A DNA stretch of 64,000 nucleotides, from positions 1 to 64,000 of IMG/VR virus record IMGVR_UViG_2728369482_000003. The stretch is one strand, 5' to 3'. Position 1 is the first letter of the stretch, and the number at the start of each line of letters is the position of its first letter. A program made the position numbers and the translations under genes. The stretch comes from a virus (taxonomy: Duplodnaviria > Caudoviricetes). Positions 17,235 to 27,191 of this stretch are shown here, one piece after another. Under the pieces are notes generated by a model. It saw nothing but the letters and a program-made list of their open reading frames with translations. It did no database searches and was not told the origin of the DNA.

Positions 17235-18161
17235 GTGATCGACTACGTCTCGTTCCGGGAATCCGATCACTCCTACACCTCCCGATCGGGTCATTCCTAC
17301 ATCTCGGTAACCAGTTTACTGTCTGTTTTTAAGCAACCCTTCGACGGAGCTTACTGGAGTCTATACAAGGCCATCGAGCAGTATCTCACTGATAACGTCT
17401 CAGAAGTCTTCTGGCTGACGTTCAAACGACAGGTGATACAATCACTACCCAAGCGGGAAGATCGTTTAACCTGGGCCATTTCTGAGCATCTGAAAGAGCA
17501 TGAGCTCTACATCCAGGCAGTCCGCCGGTTGATCCTGGCTCAGTGGGAAGAAAAAAAGGACAAGGCCTGTGAGAAAGGAACGGCTTACCACCTCAAACGA
17601 GAACACCAGGCTTATCAGAACGGCTTCGAGCTACACCCGTCTTTACCTACTGAAAAAGTTATTTCTACTACCCAGTCAGTATACAGCTTTGATCTGACAG
17701 AATTACCTGACGGTTATTATGCCGAACTACTGGTCTACAATCATAACAACTATCTGGCCGGGCAGATTGATAAAGTCTGGATTACTACTGATCGAACTAC
17801 GGGAATCCGGTACGTAGACATCGATGACTATAAGTCCAATGAGCAGATCAAGACCAGTAATAAGTACCAGAAAATGCAGTACCCGCTGCAGATGCTGGAT
17901 GACTGTTCTCTGAATCACTACCGGATGCAGATCTCGACCTACGGCTGGATGCTGGAGCAGTTCGGTTATAAGGTCCGCTCTACCCGGTTTACCCACATCA
18001 AGGATGAGCTGGACTTTCTGGGTGAGCCGGTCCAGACCGAGATTCCCTACGAGTTCGACTACAAAGCCTACAAGCCCCTGGTCGAAGCCATGCTCAGTCA
18101 CTACCAGGCTACCCGGCAAACAGCTTCTTCCCCTCCTACCGCTATAGTTTCCCCCCTGTGA
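17235..18161 (+). CDS. PD-(D/E)xK nuclease (RecB/Cas4-like exonuclease)
   Basis: SVTSLL, KGTAYH, AGQIDKV, IDDYKSN, HYRMQISTYGWML. Confidence 0.85.
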   Translation: MIDYVSFRESDHSYTSRSGHSYISVTSLLSVFKQPFDGAYWSLYKAIEQYLTDNVSEVFWLTFKRQVIQSLPKREDRLTWAISEHLKEHELYIQAVRRLILAQWEEKKDKACEKGTAYHLKREHQAYQNGFELHPSLPTEKVISTTQSVYSFDLTELPDGYYAELLVYNHNNYLAGQIDKVWITTDRTTGIRYVDIDDYKSNEQIKTSNKYQKMQYPLQMLDDCSLNHYRMQISTYGWMLEQFGYKVRSTRFTHIKDELDFLGEPVQTEIPYEFDYKAYKPLVEAMLSHYQATRQTASSPPTAIVSPL

Positions 18162-18592
18162 GCATCCTTCATTCTACCGTTACCCGTCGTCAGCAGCTGG
18201 GAGCCGCCAAAAAGCTGATCGAAGTTTACCTGGTCTGCAACGACATCGGCTACCACGACTCGGATCTGAACCTGCTGGCTTACTACTGCCTGTTCGGGCC
18301 GACCAAAACCACCAACCTGCGGATTCAGCAGGAGTACTATCCCCGGCTGGAAAAAAAGAATGCCTGCTATTCGATCTGGAAAACGAGGAGTAAGCTGAAA
18401 AAACTGGGCCTGCTGATTCAGAACGTCTACACCCTGGAGCTGTCGGTGAAGCCCGAGCTGCTGGCGGCCTTCGAAGAAAAAACCAAACTGGGCTATTTAA
18501 TCAACTTCCGTTATGAAGAGCTGGAAACAGATTCAGGCCCAGCTGGCCACCGAATTCAACCTGCCCCTGAAGACGATCCAGCTAACGACTGA
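18158..18592 (+). CDS. Putative winged-helix DNA-binding protein
   Basis: SIWKTRSKLKKLGLL pattern. Confidence 0.55.
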   Translation: MSILHSTVTRRQQLGAAKKLIEVYLVCNDIGYHDSDLNLLAYYCLFGPTKTTNLRIQQEYYPRLEKKNACYSIWKTRSKLKKLGLLIQNVYTLELSVKPELLAAFEEKTKLGYLINFRYEELETDSGPAGHRIQPAPEDDPAND

Positions 18593-18929
18593 TCCCTACT
18601 GGCAGCTCATCCGCCAGAAGCTGCGGAATCCTCAGGACTGGATCTACCGGCTGGAAGGGCTTGGTTCCTACCGAATGAACGGGAACCGGTTATTCAAACT
18701 CCTGGCCATGCTGCTGATCCGGCTTCGGCAAAACCGCGCAGGTCTGTTCCCGCTGGCTCCCCGGGATATCGAGGAACACCACCAGCAGATCCGGATGCTC
18801 TGGAGACTGAAACAGGCCCTGAGTTGGCGGCTGCTCAAACGAACCGACGGACTGAACCGTCCCGCTCCCAAAGCCCAGGTCGAAGCCCTTATCCAACAGA
18901 AAGCCAATGTGTCAGACAAAGACGTGTAG
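18513..18929 (+). CDS. IHF/HU-like DNA-binding protein
   Basis: Two N-terminal helices followed by YRLEGLGSYRM (HU v.l.GfG.F motif). Confidence 0.6.
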   Translation: MKSWKQIQAQLATEFNLPLKTIQLTTDPYWQLIRQKLRNPQDWIYRLEGLGSYRMNGNRLFKLLAMLLIRLRQNRAGLFPLAPRDIEEHHQQIRMLWRLKQALSWRLLKRTDGLNRPAPKAQVEALIQQKANVSDKDV

Positions 18930-19326
18930 AGACTGTAAAGAGACTAAACCAGTCACGGAGTTCTATAAATCAGGTACAGGTAATCGTCTTCAGTCGTACT
19001 GTAAACTGTGTAATAGTAAACGGGCTTCAGCTAGTTACAAACGGATTTATCAGAAAAATCCGGATTTAAAAAAGTCCAGAAATTTACGTAACCGGTATGG
19101 TATAACGCTGGATCAGTACAACCAGCTTTTACACCGGCAGAACCGATGCTGCCGAATTTGTGGTACTCACGAAGATCTGGAGGGAAAGTCTCTGGCCGTC
19201 GATCACTGCCACAGCTCCGGTAAAATCCGGGGGCTACTCTGCTCCAACTGCAACACGGCCCTGGGCAAAGTCCGGGACAACGTCGTCATTCTCCATTCCA
19301 TGATTCACTACCTCCAGGCTGCATAA
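18907..19326 (+). CDS. Endonuclease VII-like HNH nuclease (probable free-standing homing endonuclease)
   Basis: CRDC..SYCKLC; YGITLDQY; CRICG; LAVDHCHSSGKIRGLLCSNCN. Confidence 0.9.
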   Translation: MCQTKTCRDCKETKPVTEFYKSGTGNRLQSYCKLCNSKRASASYKRIYQKNPDLKKSRNLRNRYGITLDQYNQLLHRQNRCCRICGTHEDLEGKSLAVDHCHSSGKIRGLLCSNCNTALGKVRDNVVILHSMIHYLQAA

Positions 19327-19616
19327 TGAACTTTTCTGAAGCCCTACAAAAGCTGGTAACAGGGCATAAAATGAGACGGTATTACTGGAAGCCTTCCGAT
19401 TATATCTATTTCTGTCCGGGAGTATTTCTTGATCCATACCGGGACGATGATGAACCGATTGCGGGAGTTCCTGTAAAATACTTCGAAGTTGGGTTCATTG
19501 GCCGTACATCGTTAGAGCCTCAGTTTTTTAATCAGGACAATCAACTTGTCAAACTGTCAGCCGCTTCGGTATTGGCTGAGGACTGGTATGAATTCACTCA
19601 AACACCTGTAGAATGA
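19326..19616 (+). CDS. DUF2829/Tad2-like protein (candidate Thoeris anti-defence sponge)
   Basis: MNFSEAL..L..G.KMRR..W ... SVLAEDW. Confidence 0.75.
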   Translation: MNFSEALQKLVTGHKMRRYYWKPSDYIYFCPGVFLDPYRDDDEPIAGVPVKYFEVGFIGRTSLEPQFFNQDNQLVKLSAASVLAEDWYEFTQTPVE

Positions 19617-19996
19617 ACTACTTCTCTGAACGAGCCCGGTTGCTGATTGCCGGCATCAAACACATCGACGGGGTTCTGGAATCCCGCTACAACCAGGTCA
19701 AACGGGCTACCGTCGGTCTGTCTCCCGAGATTGAAGCCGAAGCTGATCGTAGGCTAGAGATCTGTCTGGACTGTCCGTTCAACTCGGTCAATGCCCGAAC
19801 TTCTCCCGAATACAAGGCCCTCACGGGGCAATCCTATAGCACTACCCGGGATGAATTGCATTGTTCCCTCTGCTCCTGTCCGATTCATTACAAGGTCCTC
19901 TCGATGGGAACGGCCTGCGGAGCCAACGAGTGGAACAATGCGAATCCGGGTAAGTACGTCCAGCCGAAGTGGTTCACTTACCCACCGACTACCTGA
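19613..19996 (+). CDS. Cys-rich Zn-binding protein of a type found in crAss-like late regions
   Basis: ADRRLEICLDCP...CSLCSCPI..KV....CG..KW. Confidence 0.7.
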   Translation: MNYFSERARLLIAGIKHIDGVLESRYNQVKRATVGLSPEIEAEADRRLEICLDCPFNSVNARTSPEYKALTGQSYSTTRDELHCSLCSCPIHYKVLSMGTACGANEWNNANPGKYVQPKWFTYPPTT

Positions 19997-20036
19997 CGTA
20001 TACAGTTAACCGTTAGTAATAGAATAAACAGATACC

Positions 20037-20336
20037 ATGAAACAAACAGAGTTTACCAAACAGCAGCGGGCCCAGCTGTCAACGGGTCGAATACTGAATT
20101 ACCTGGCCCTATTGGACCGCCGGGCTGCGGGAACCCCCGATAAACAGCTCCAAAGAGATTACCGGGTAACCAAAAGCCGGATTGAGTTCCTGCTACAGGA
20201 CTGGGTCCGGCCGGCCCTGGAAGAGCTGCTCTGGCAGCGGCCCCTAAACGAGACAGGATTGATCCGAAGTACCGATGAACCACCAACAATTACCACGATA
20301 CTGACTGATTCCAACTTAGACCGTTATTTCCAATGA
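20037..20336 (+). CDS. Hypothetical protein
   Basis: In rightward operon. Confidence 0.55.
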   Translation: MKQTEFTKQQRAQLSTGRILNYLALLDRRAAGTPDKQLQRDYRVTKSRIEFLLQDWVRPALEELLWQRPLNETGLIRSTDEPPTITTILTDSNLDRYFQ

Positions 20337-20641
20337 CACTGACTACCGAACTACTCCAGGCCCTGGGTTTCCAGGAAGGTGAAGCCACCTGGACTGATGA
20401 ATACGGAGTAACCCTATACAAGACGGCTATGCCCGACGATCTGTTCACCCTCAAACGGGTACTGACAGGTACAGCTTACAACAAGGGTAAAAAAGCCATG
20501 CAGTACCTGGCTACCACCAAACCCTGTCCGGTAAACCCCTGTCCTACGGAAACGAAGCTGATGACCACGGTACTACCGGTTGACACAACCGATCAGAGCT
20601 ATAGTATTCCGCAGTGGGGAGCCCGTTTCCTGGAATCATAA
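20333..20641 (+). CDS. Hypothetical protein
   Basis: LTTELLQALGF N-terminus, common in Bacteroidota phage small proteins. Confidence 0.6.
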   Translation: MTLTTELLQALGFQEGEATWTDEYGVTLYKTAMPDDLFTLKRVLTGTAYNKGKKAMQYLATTKPCPVNPCPTETKLMTTVLPVDTTDQSYSIPQWGARFLES

Positions 20642-20841
20642 CCGTATTCATATGATTTCCGAAAAATTGAAACAGGCCCTGAGCCATGTCGAACAATCCG
20701 ATGAAGAGCGTCTGAAACACAGAGAAGCCCTTCTTGAACACTACAACGGCTTACTAGAAACACTCGAATCAGGTTCTTCCACTGCTGAAGGAGTTCGACA
20801 GATTATCAAATTGATAACCACCCAGGTAACCGAATTAAAAA

Positions 20842-21252
20842 ATGAACAGAGCTGATTTCATAAAATCACTTCTGGCTGTTCCAGCCCTATTAAGTTTATC
20901 ATCTAAAGCTAAAGGTGATTCAGCTTTTAAAGATGGTGTTGATCGGAGTAGTTGGACAAAGCCGTACATACCGGTAGATGCTGTTATAGATTCTACTAAG
21001 TTGTATGTTGCAGATGGAGAATCATTTGTACTTCCTCTAACAAATGGCTATTTCTCAAAAAACGATTTGATCTGCCCGGACAATGATAAATCGTACTACT
21101 TATTTGTTAGTAACAGCCACGAAACAATGCCAGGTGTTTATCTGCACACGGTACAGGTAGTAGGAAATTGGGGAGATAAAAAGACCATAACTCTGGTACC
21201 AGGTACTTCTTACTCCAGAGTATGTTCAGCCAAAATGGAGTACAATGGCTAA
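20842..21252 (+). CDS. Signal-peptide-like leader + domain resembling an internal domain of the major capsid protein
   Basis: MNRADFIKSLLAVPALLSLSSKAKG leader; by-eye alignment to the MCP region 32708-32962. Confidence 0.6.
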   Translation: MNRADFIKSLLAVPALLSLSSKAKGDSAFKDGVDRSSWTKPYIPVDAVIDSTKLYVADGESFVLPLTNGYFSKNDLICPDNDKSYYLFVSNSHETMPGVYLHTVQVVGNWGDKKTITLVPGTSYSRVCSAKMEYNG

Positions 21253-21817
21253 AAAGAAAAACATTTACACTCGGATCGGTTATGACCAGGTTCGGGCTGA
21301 GCTCGACTCCACAGCCGACTGGTTAAGTCTTCAGGTAATCGAGGATCTGTTCGATGACATTGAGTACAAGGTTACCCAGACCGGAGGCATAGCCCCGCTA
21401 ATTTCAGACCGAATAGAAGACAAGCTGAAGGGCATTGTTAATGTCATCCATATCCAGATTGGAATGTTGACAGCTATTCTGGAGAAGGATGGATTGACCA
21501 GTTATGTCGAGGAAAAAACGGAGATCTTCCGGAATACCCTCGAACAGATTCAGCAGTACTACCAGAAGCGGCCGGTATCCAGCATTGAAAGCCGGAAGAT
21601 TACGAAAGTGTCCGGTAAAACCAAGACCGGAGCTTCCCGGGAAATTACCTTTGTTGTGGCTACCAAGTACCAGCAGATAGCCAACCGGAACATCATTAAC
21701 GACAAGGTACTCAAGACCTTACCCTTGCTGGAAAAACTCGAAGAAGCGACTGAAGCCCTTGACGTCAAGGGTGATTACGAAGTACCCATTTCCCTTCAAA
21801 TTCGTGGACTTGCCTAA
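21245..21817 (+). CDS. Helical protein upstream of TerL; terminase small subunit candidate
   Basis: Position and overlap with TerL; 190 aa. Confidence 0.45.
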   Translation: MAKKKNIYTRIGYDQVRAELDSTADWLSLQVIEDLFDDIEYKVTQTGGIAPLISDRIEDKLKGIVNVIHIQIGMLTAILEKDGLTSYVEEKTEIFRNTLEQIQQYYQKRPVSSIESRKITKVSGKTKTGASREITFVVATKYQQIANRNIINDKVLKTLPLLEKLEEATEALDVKGDYEVPISLQIRGLA

Positions 21818-24800
21818 TTCCGCTTCACAGGCTCCCCGGGATTTTTTCAATGTTGATTCACCTGAGATGTTTATCAACATGGACCCGGCCAAACTTCCCC
21901 CCAAGAATCACCCGGAGTTTTTACAGCTGGCGGCCCACGAACGGGACAAGTGTAAAAACGGGGTAAACATCAACGGACAATACGTCGTTCCCAGTCTGTA
22001 CTATGATCTGAACTTTCACACCATCCTTTATGATGCCCTGGATGAACAGGGTAATGAAATCCGAGTAAAGGGTCGTCCCCAACTCCGGGATAACGGCTGG
22101 ATTCTTCATAACGATTACTACCAGGCTAAGAAAGAAAAGAAAGGCTATGTGGTGGGGGGTGCCCGCCAGATTGGCAAGGACCTGCTAAATACATCCCTGT
22201 TGTACACCCCGACGGGTGAAATCCAGATCGGAGATGCCCAGGTAGGTCAACAGATCTATGGAGCTGATGGTAAACTAACCACGATCACCGGGGTATATCC
22301 CCAAGGGGTTCAACCTGTTTACCAGATGACCTTACGGGATGGTCGAAAACTATATTGTGGTTTGAATCACAACTGGTATGTCTGGAATAATCGAAAATTC
22401 AGTGGACGGGGGGTTTATGAAGTCAAAACTACCCGGGAATTGTTGGTCGATTATAAAAAAGAAATTGATCAACGACCAAATCGGTACGAAACTCAGCATA
22501 GTAAATATGCTATTCCAACGGCTAAACCCGTCGAGTATAGTGAAAAAAACCTGCCAGTTGATCCGTACATTCTAGGTATCTGGCTAAGCTGTGGAGATGA
22601 CCGTCATACAGCTCTGATAACGTCAGATCGACAATTGGAAAAGGTATGGTGTGATTTTGCCAAGCAATCAGGTTTAACTTGTAATCGCTGGAAAAAGAAG
22701 TGGGTTGGGCATCCTGAAGAAGTAATTATCAAAGGACCAAAGAATTGCCTTCACTGTAACCCACTTCGAAAACAGCTGACAGAACTTGGTCTACTTTGTA
22801 ATAAGCATATCCCGGAACTCTACAAGAAAGCGTCTGTTTCACAACGACTAGCTTTAGTCCAGGGAATACTGGATGGGAAAGGCTCGTTCAATGCTTCTAA
22901 CAATGTTGAGTTTTCAACGGATATAACTCAGTTGATGGCTGATATGGAATGGGTTTGTCGAAGCCTGGGAATGAGCGTTAAACAGCGGTCTAATTTTGCA
23001 GAACTAAAAAACTCAACCAGTACACCAACGGTTATTACCATTCATTCCATATTCCCTCTTTTTCGACTTGATTATAAACTAAGTGAGTTAGCTGATAAAT
23101 CTGAGCAGCTAAATCCGTACAAATCCAGTATCGTTGATATCCAGTACGTCTACAATGCTCTGACTACCTGTATTACGGTTGACAATCAAGACCACCTGTT
23201 TTTGACCGATGGGTTTACGGTTACCCACAACTCGGACTTTATCGTCTCGCTTACCTGCCGGGAGTTGTTCTGTTTTGATAACGCCGAGGTTCTTGGTTTG
23301 TTCTCAATTTCCCAGGACAAGGATACCTTCAACAAAAAGTTTGGGGTAGCTATTTCGGATAAGGATAACTTTCTGATTGTTCCCAGTATCGACAAGGACT
23401 TATCCCAGACCTTGATTCGGTTCGGAGTAACCCGGAAAAATAACGAGCCGATCATTCTTTCCCAGCTGTTTACTTACCTAACCAAGGCGGGTAAAGCCAC
23501 CGAAGTGGGGGCTGGTAAATCGACCACATTCTTTTTCTTCGACGAGATTGCCAAGGAAGAAATGCAGGGAGCCTGGGATGCGGTTAAACCAGCCCTCCGT
23601 TCTTCATTTGGTGGTTACCGAAACCCACCCCTATTTGCATTCACAGGTGGAAACGTAGAAAAATCCAAAGATGCCATTGATTTGTTCATGAATCCTGACG
23701 TAAACGAGCTTCTCAGCTTTGATACGGAAGGAAAACAAACGGGCAAGTTTATGGGGGGGTGGTACCGGGCAGATTTCAAAAACACGATTCCACTGGCTCA
23801 GTACCTAAATAAACCCGTCACGGGAGAACTAGCCAAGCTCCAGATTCAGGTGACTGATTTTGAACGAGCTAATACAATCCTGGATCAGGAACAGACGGTA
23901 GCCAAGGAAAGTAAAAAGCCGGGGACGTTGGCCAAACATAAAATGTACAATCCCCGTACATTGGACGAAATGTCCCTTTCCGTTACGGAATCCCCGTTCC
24001 AACGCTACCGGGAAGGACTCAAACGTCACCAGGACTGGCTGTACGAAACAAAGCCCGGAAAAGCTGTTGAGCTATATACATTACCCGGCGGAGAAGTCAA
24101 ATACACCCTCTCGGAGAAACTACCCATTGCCAATTTTCCCCACAAGGATACCGATCTGATTGAGGATGCCCCGATCATGCTTTATGATGAACCGGTCCAC
24201 AAAGGCAGTTATAAGCTTCACGTGGGTGGGCTTGACCCCTATAACATTGGGCAAACGGGTACATCATCCTCCCTGGGGGCCCTCTACCTGATGCGCCGGC
24301 ATTACGGAGGACTCGACGATGCCTTTCAGGATACGATGGTGGCCAGCTACGTAGCCCGGCCCGAACGGATTCCGATGTTTCTGAAAAAGATCAAGGAACT
24401 TCTGGATTACTTCGAAGCCAGTATGCTCCACGAGTCCAGTACCGATGCCGTCCTGGATTACTTCGACAAGGATTACGGAGCGGAAACCTACCTGGCCAAG
24501 ACCTGGAATCTGAAGCAGGAAATCCAGCCCAACACCAGCTACAAGGGAACCTACGGAGTACCCCCCACCCCGGCCTTCCAGAAAGCCTGGATGAACAAAA
24601 TCATCGATTATATCTCCGAAGTCATCGGGGAAACCGATACGGGAAAACCGATTCTGGGCTACACCCGGATTCTGGATCCACTGCTGATCGAGGAAATGCT
24701 CCAGTGGAAAGAAGACCTCAATGTTGATAGAGTGGTCTCATTCGGACATATGCTACTTTACCGGGACAGTCTGGAGAAAAATGACAAACCCGTCGTCATC

Positions 24801-24923
24801 AACCGGACCGAATCGGATCAACCGGCTCAACCAAAAACCCGGTCTGTCTGGGGGATCAGTCAGAAAACCAGCAGACGGACTACTTCCGTAAAACAAACCC
24901 GTAAACCCTTTGGGATTAAATGA
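21759..24923 (+). CDS. terL: Terminase large subunit with intein (true start may be 21804-21867)
   Basis: Walker A GARQIGK|S split by the intein; FFFDEIAK Walker B; FTGG motif; nuclease domain GGLDPY and NVDRVVSF. Confidence 0.92.
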   Translation: MTSRVITKYPFPFKFVDLPNSASQAPRDFFNVDSPEMFINMDPAKLPPKNHPEFLQLAAHERDKCKNGVNINGQYVVPSLYYDLNFHTILYDALDEQGNEIRVKGRPQLRDNGWILHNDYYQAKKEKKGYVVGGARQIGKDLLNTSLLYTPTGEIQIGDAQVGQQIYGADGKLTTITGVYPQGVQPVYQMTLRDGRKLYCGLNHNWYVWNNRKFSGRGVYEVKTTRELLVDYKKEIDQRPNRYETQHSKYAIPTAKPVEYSEKNLPVDPYILGIWLSCGDDRHTALITSDRQLEKVWCDFAKQSGLTCNRWKKKWVGHPEEVIIKGPKNCLHCNPLRKQLTELGLLCNKHIPELYKKASVSQRLALVQGILDGKGSFNASNNVEFSTDITQLMADMEWVCRSLGMSVKQRSNFAELKNSTSTPTVITIHSIFPLFRLDYKLSELADKSEQLNPYKSSIVDIQYVYNALTTCITVDNQDHLFLTDGFTVTHNSDFIVSLTCRELFCFDNAEVLGLFSISQDKDTFNKKFGVAISDKDNFLIVPSIDKDLSQTLIRFGVTRKNNEPIILSQLFTYLTKAGKATEVGAGKSTTFFFFDEIAKEEMQGAWDAVKPALRSSFGGYRNPPLFAFTGGNVEKSKDAIDLFMNPDVNELLSFDTEGKQTGKFMGGWYRADFKNTIPLAQYLNKPVTGELAKLQIQVTDFERANTILDQEQTVAKESKKPGTLAKHKMYNPRTLDEMSLSVTESPFQRYREGLKRHQDWLYETKPGKAVELYTLPGGEVKYTLSEKLPIANFPHKDTDLIEDAPIMLYDEPVHKGSYKLHVGGLDPYNIGQTGTSSSLGALYLMRRHYGGLDDAFQDTMVASYVARPERIPMFLKKIKELLDYFEASMLHESSTDAVLDYFDKDYGAETYLAKTWNLKQEIQPNTSYKGTYGVPPTPAFQKAWMNKIIDYISEVIGETDTGKPILGYTRILDPLLIEEMLQWKEDLNVDRVVSFGHMLLYRDSLEKNDKPVVINRTESDQPAQPKTRSVWGISQKTSRRTTSVKQTRKPFGIK
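22179..23231 (+). mobile_element. Class 3 intein (351 aa) with LAGLIDADG-type endonuclease domain
   Basis: Starts DLLNTSLLYTPTG; block B NHNW; block F TTCITV; ends TVTHN|S; endonuclease motifs DPYILGIWLSCG and LVQGILDGKGS. Confidence 0.9.
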
Positions 24924-25408
24924 CGAAAACGGTTATATTTGAAGACGAGATTACGGTCGCAACCGTCCGTGGGTTAATCGATCAGATTCAACCTGATCTG
25001 CTGGCGGGTGATCTGATCAAGCTCTTCTTTTCTTCCCACGGTGGTGATTGTTACGCCGAGGAAATCCTCTCCGAATTTCTGGCCGACTGGGCCGACAGCA
25101 TTATCCTGATCGGAGCTTATAAGTTGTTTTCCAACGGGTTTGTCGTTTTCCTGAATTTTCCGGGTGAAAAGCGGCTGCTTCGGGACTGTATGGGAATGAT
25201 TCATGAATCTACCCTGATCATCGCGCTCCGGGAAATCAAAAAGCCCAATACCTACGCGAATCTGGATAACGAACTCCTCAAGATTATTCTCCGGGAAGAC
25301 TTCCAGAAACTCCAGCCCCTGCTGACCCCTGACGAACAGAAACGGTATTTGGCCGGGGAAGACCTTTACTTTCATACCGACCGCCTGCGGGCCATCTTTT
25401 CCCTATGA
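24920..25408 (+). CDS. ClpP/crotonase-fold protease-like protein
   Basis: IFEDEIT, LFFSSHGGD, LFSNG (nucleophile-elbow-like Ser), MIHE, EDLYF. Confidence 0.65.
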   Translation: MTKTVIFEDEITVATVRGLIDQIQPDLLAGDLIKLFFSSHGGDCYAEEILSEFLADWADSIILIGAYKLFSNGFVVFLNFPGEKRLLRDCMGMIHESTLIIALREIKKPNTYANLDNELLKIILREDFQKLQPLLTPDEQKRYLAGEDLYFHTDRLRAIFSL

Positions 25409-25932
25409 CCGATATCAAAGACTCCGAGTTCTACCAGGAGCTTACCCTGACCGATGCTGAACGGGCAGCCTTCAGTGACACCCTGGACTTTAAGCTGGAA
25501 GACATTCCTCTCTCGTTTTCGGGTCCCCAGGAGCTGAAGGCCTTTGTAAACGGGATGGTGTTTTTCACCGATAATCTCCACCCGGTGGCCTACCGAATGA
25601 ATGCCCTGAACCCGATGACGACGCCGGCTCCGGTTATGCTCCGGTTCAATCAGGAACTGCTGGTGATCAACAAGCTCCTGACCATGCACCGCTATGAGCT
25701 GAATCCCGACCATACCAAAGCCTGGTACAAAGGAAAAATCACCGATCCCAATCCGACTTACCTCAATGACACCGAAGCCATTCTGGGCATCATTCCGATG
25801 GGGGTTCACTTGAGTCCGGCCGAATGGGATCTCTACAAAGGGGTATTTGATGAGCTCTTCGAGCTACACCAGGAAAAACTGGCGGCTCCCGTTCTGGGCC
25901 CCACCGAAGAGCAACTAACCAATCTGAACTGA
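25405..25932 (+). CDS. Hypothetical protein
   Basis: 175 aa, ATGA-coupled. Confidence 0.65.
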   Translation: MTDIKDSEFYQELTLTDAERAAFSDTLDFKLEDIPLSFSGPQELKAFVNGMVFFTDNLHPVAYRMNALNPMTTPAPVMLRFNQELLVINKLLTMHRYELNPDHTKAWYKGKITDPNPTYLNDTEAILGIIPMGVHLSPAEWDLYKGVFDELFELHQEKLAAPVLGPTEEQLTNLN

Positions 25933-26077
25933 TGAGAGCCGACGACGACCGGATTCCCCTTGAGATGACGTACGAGCCCAAGCCGGTTCCTACCCGTATC
26001 CAGTACCGAAAAATGATTCCCCGCCAGTACCGGTTTTCCAATCTGGTATCCACCCTACTAACCAACAAAAAGAAACC

Positions 26078-26326
26078 ATGACGGATCGTTTCCGACAGCA
26101 GTACACCCCGGTCACTGACCAGCAAAAGGGGTTCATGATCGAAATCAAAAAGAAAGCGACCGAACTGGAAAGCCTGCTTAGCCAGGTTCAGACCTATTCG
26201 AACCTGGAATCCAAGAGTGACAAAAGCAAAGCCGAGTACGGCCGGGCCCTCTCGATTGCCACTACCAAGCTGGAAGAATCGGTCATGTGGGCCGTTAAAG
26301 CCGCGTCAACCGATCTGAACCAATGA
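26078..26326 (+). CDS. Acb2/Tad1-like helical-hairpin protein (candidate anti-CBASS sponge)
   Basis: Q...M.EIK..A.EL ... GRALSIATTKLEESVMWAVKA. Confidence 0.75.
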   Translation: MTDRFRQQYTPVTDQQKGFMIEIKKKATELESLLSQVQTYSNLESKSDKSKAEYGRALSIATTKLEESVMWAVKAASTDLNQ

Positions 26327-26697
26327 GCCGTTACTGCCAAAACGTCGATGCCATTCAGGCTACGACCGATAACCAGTCGGAACTGGAAAGTTTTCTGGGG
26401 GTAAACCTTCGGTTACAGGACAACTGTGAACACTGTCCCACCGAAGTGTACCGGAATTTTGTCCCCAAGTGGGTAGCCATCCCGATAAACCCACCGATCA
26501 GCTTCGTGGAAATCGGGGGCTGGATAAGCCGAAACGCATCGGGTCATTACCAGACGTATACCGCCCAGGCCTGGCAGGATGCCGGATTCTGGGTAAGCCC
26601 GGAAGAAACAGCTACTCCGACGGATAGCTCGACTCCTCCGGCAGAAGAACCATCCAGTCCGGAACCCTCCAGTCCGGCATCGTCAACCACTGACTAG
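26323..26697 (+). CDS. Divergent member of the phage V(D/E)AIQ...G(D/G)WI...G.Y family, with Pro/Ser-rich tail
   Basis: NVDAIQATTDN...FVEIGGWISRNASGHYQTY. Confidence 0.5.
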   Translation: MSRYCQNVDAIQATTDNQSELESFLGVNLRLQDNCEHCPTEVYRNFVPKWVAIPINPPISFVEIGGWISRNASGHYQTYTAQAWQDAGFWVSPEETATPTDSSTPPAEEPSSPEPSSPASSTTD

Positions 26698-26900
26698 TGA
26701 GAAACGTCCTGCAGCTTCATCCCAAAACTCTGGCCCGGTTGATGACCGACCAGGGACACGGTGGACTTCCGGCTTACCTGGATAGTCTCGGATTCTCCGA
26801 CGTTCGGATACTGGCCAATCCCAACGTACCGGAAGACAAAATGATTGTACCCAGTGAATGGCTGGACCCTAAATCAACTGCTATCGATGACAAAGATTGA
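26697..26900 (+). CDS. Hypothetical protein
   Basis: GTG start overlapping the previous stop. Confidence 0.45.
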   Translation: MRNVLQLHPKTLARLMTDQGHGGLPAYLDSLGFSDVRILANPNVPEDKMIVPSEWLDPKSTAIDDKD

Positions 26901-27191
26901 AATTACCAAGAATGGGATGCGGGAATCAATCCTGCTATCTGACAACCTGAGCTATTCAGAATACGAGGAAGCCATCAGGTATTTACAGAACATCTTGGAA
27001 CCAGCTTCAACTATTAGCGACGTTGATCCAAATCAATTGATTAAGGAGCAACTAGGACCGGTCATTGAGGAATCAATCGACAAAGACCTGAAACAGGGAA
27101 CAAAGTTATGTACCTGGCCACCAATCCATCCGAGACGACCGTTTCTACCTCCTTGGCCAAATCCAATTTATTTTTATTCTCAGACCAACCC

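Noticed and set aside
17235-18161. Cas4 as part of a CRISPR system
   Set aside because: No Fe-S cysteine cluster and no cas neighbours; a stand-alone phage PD-(D/E)xK nuclease
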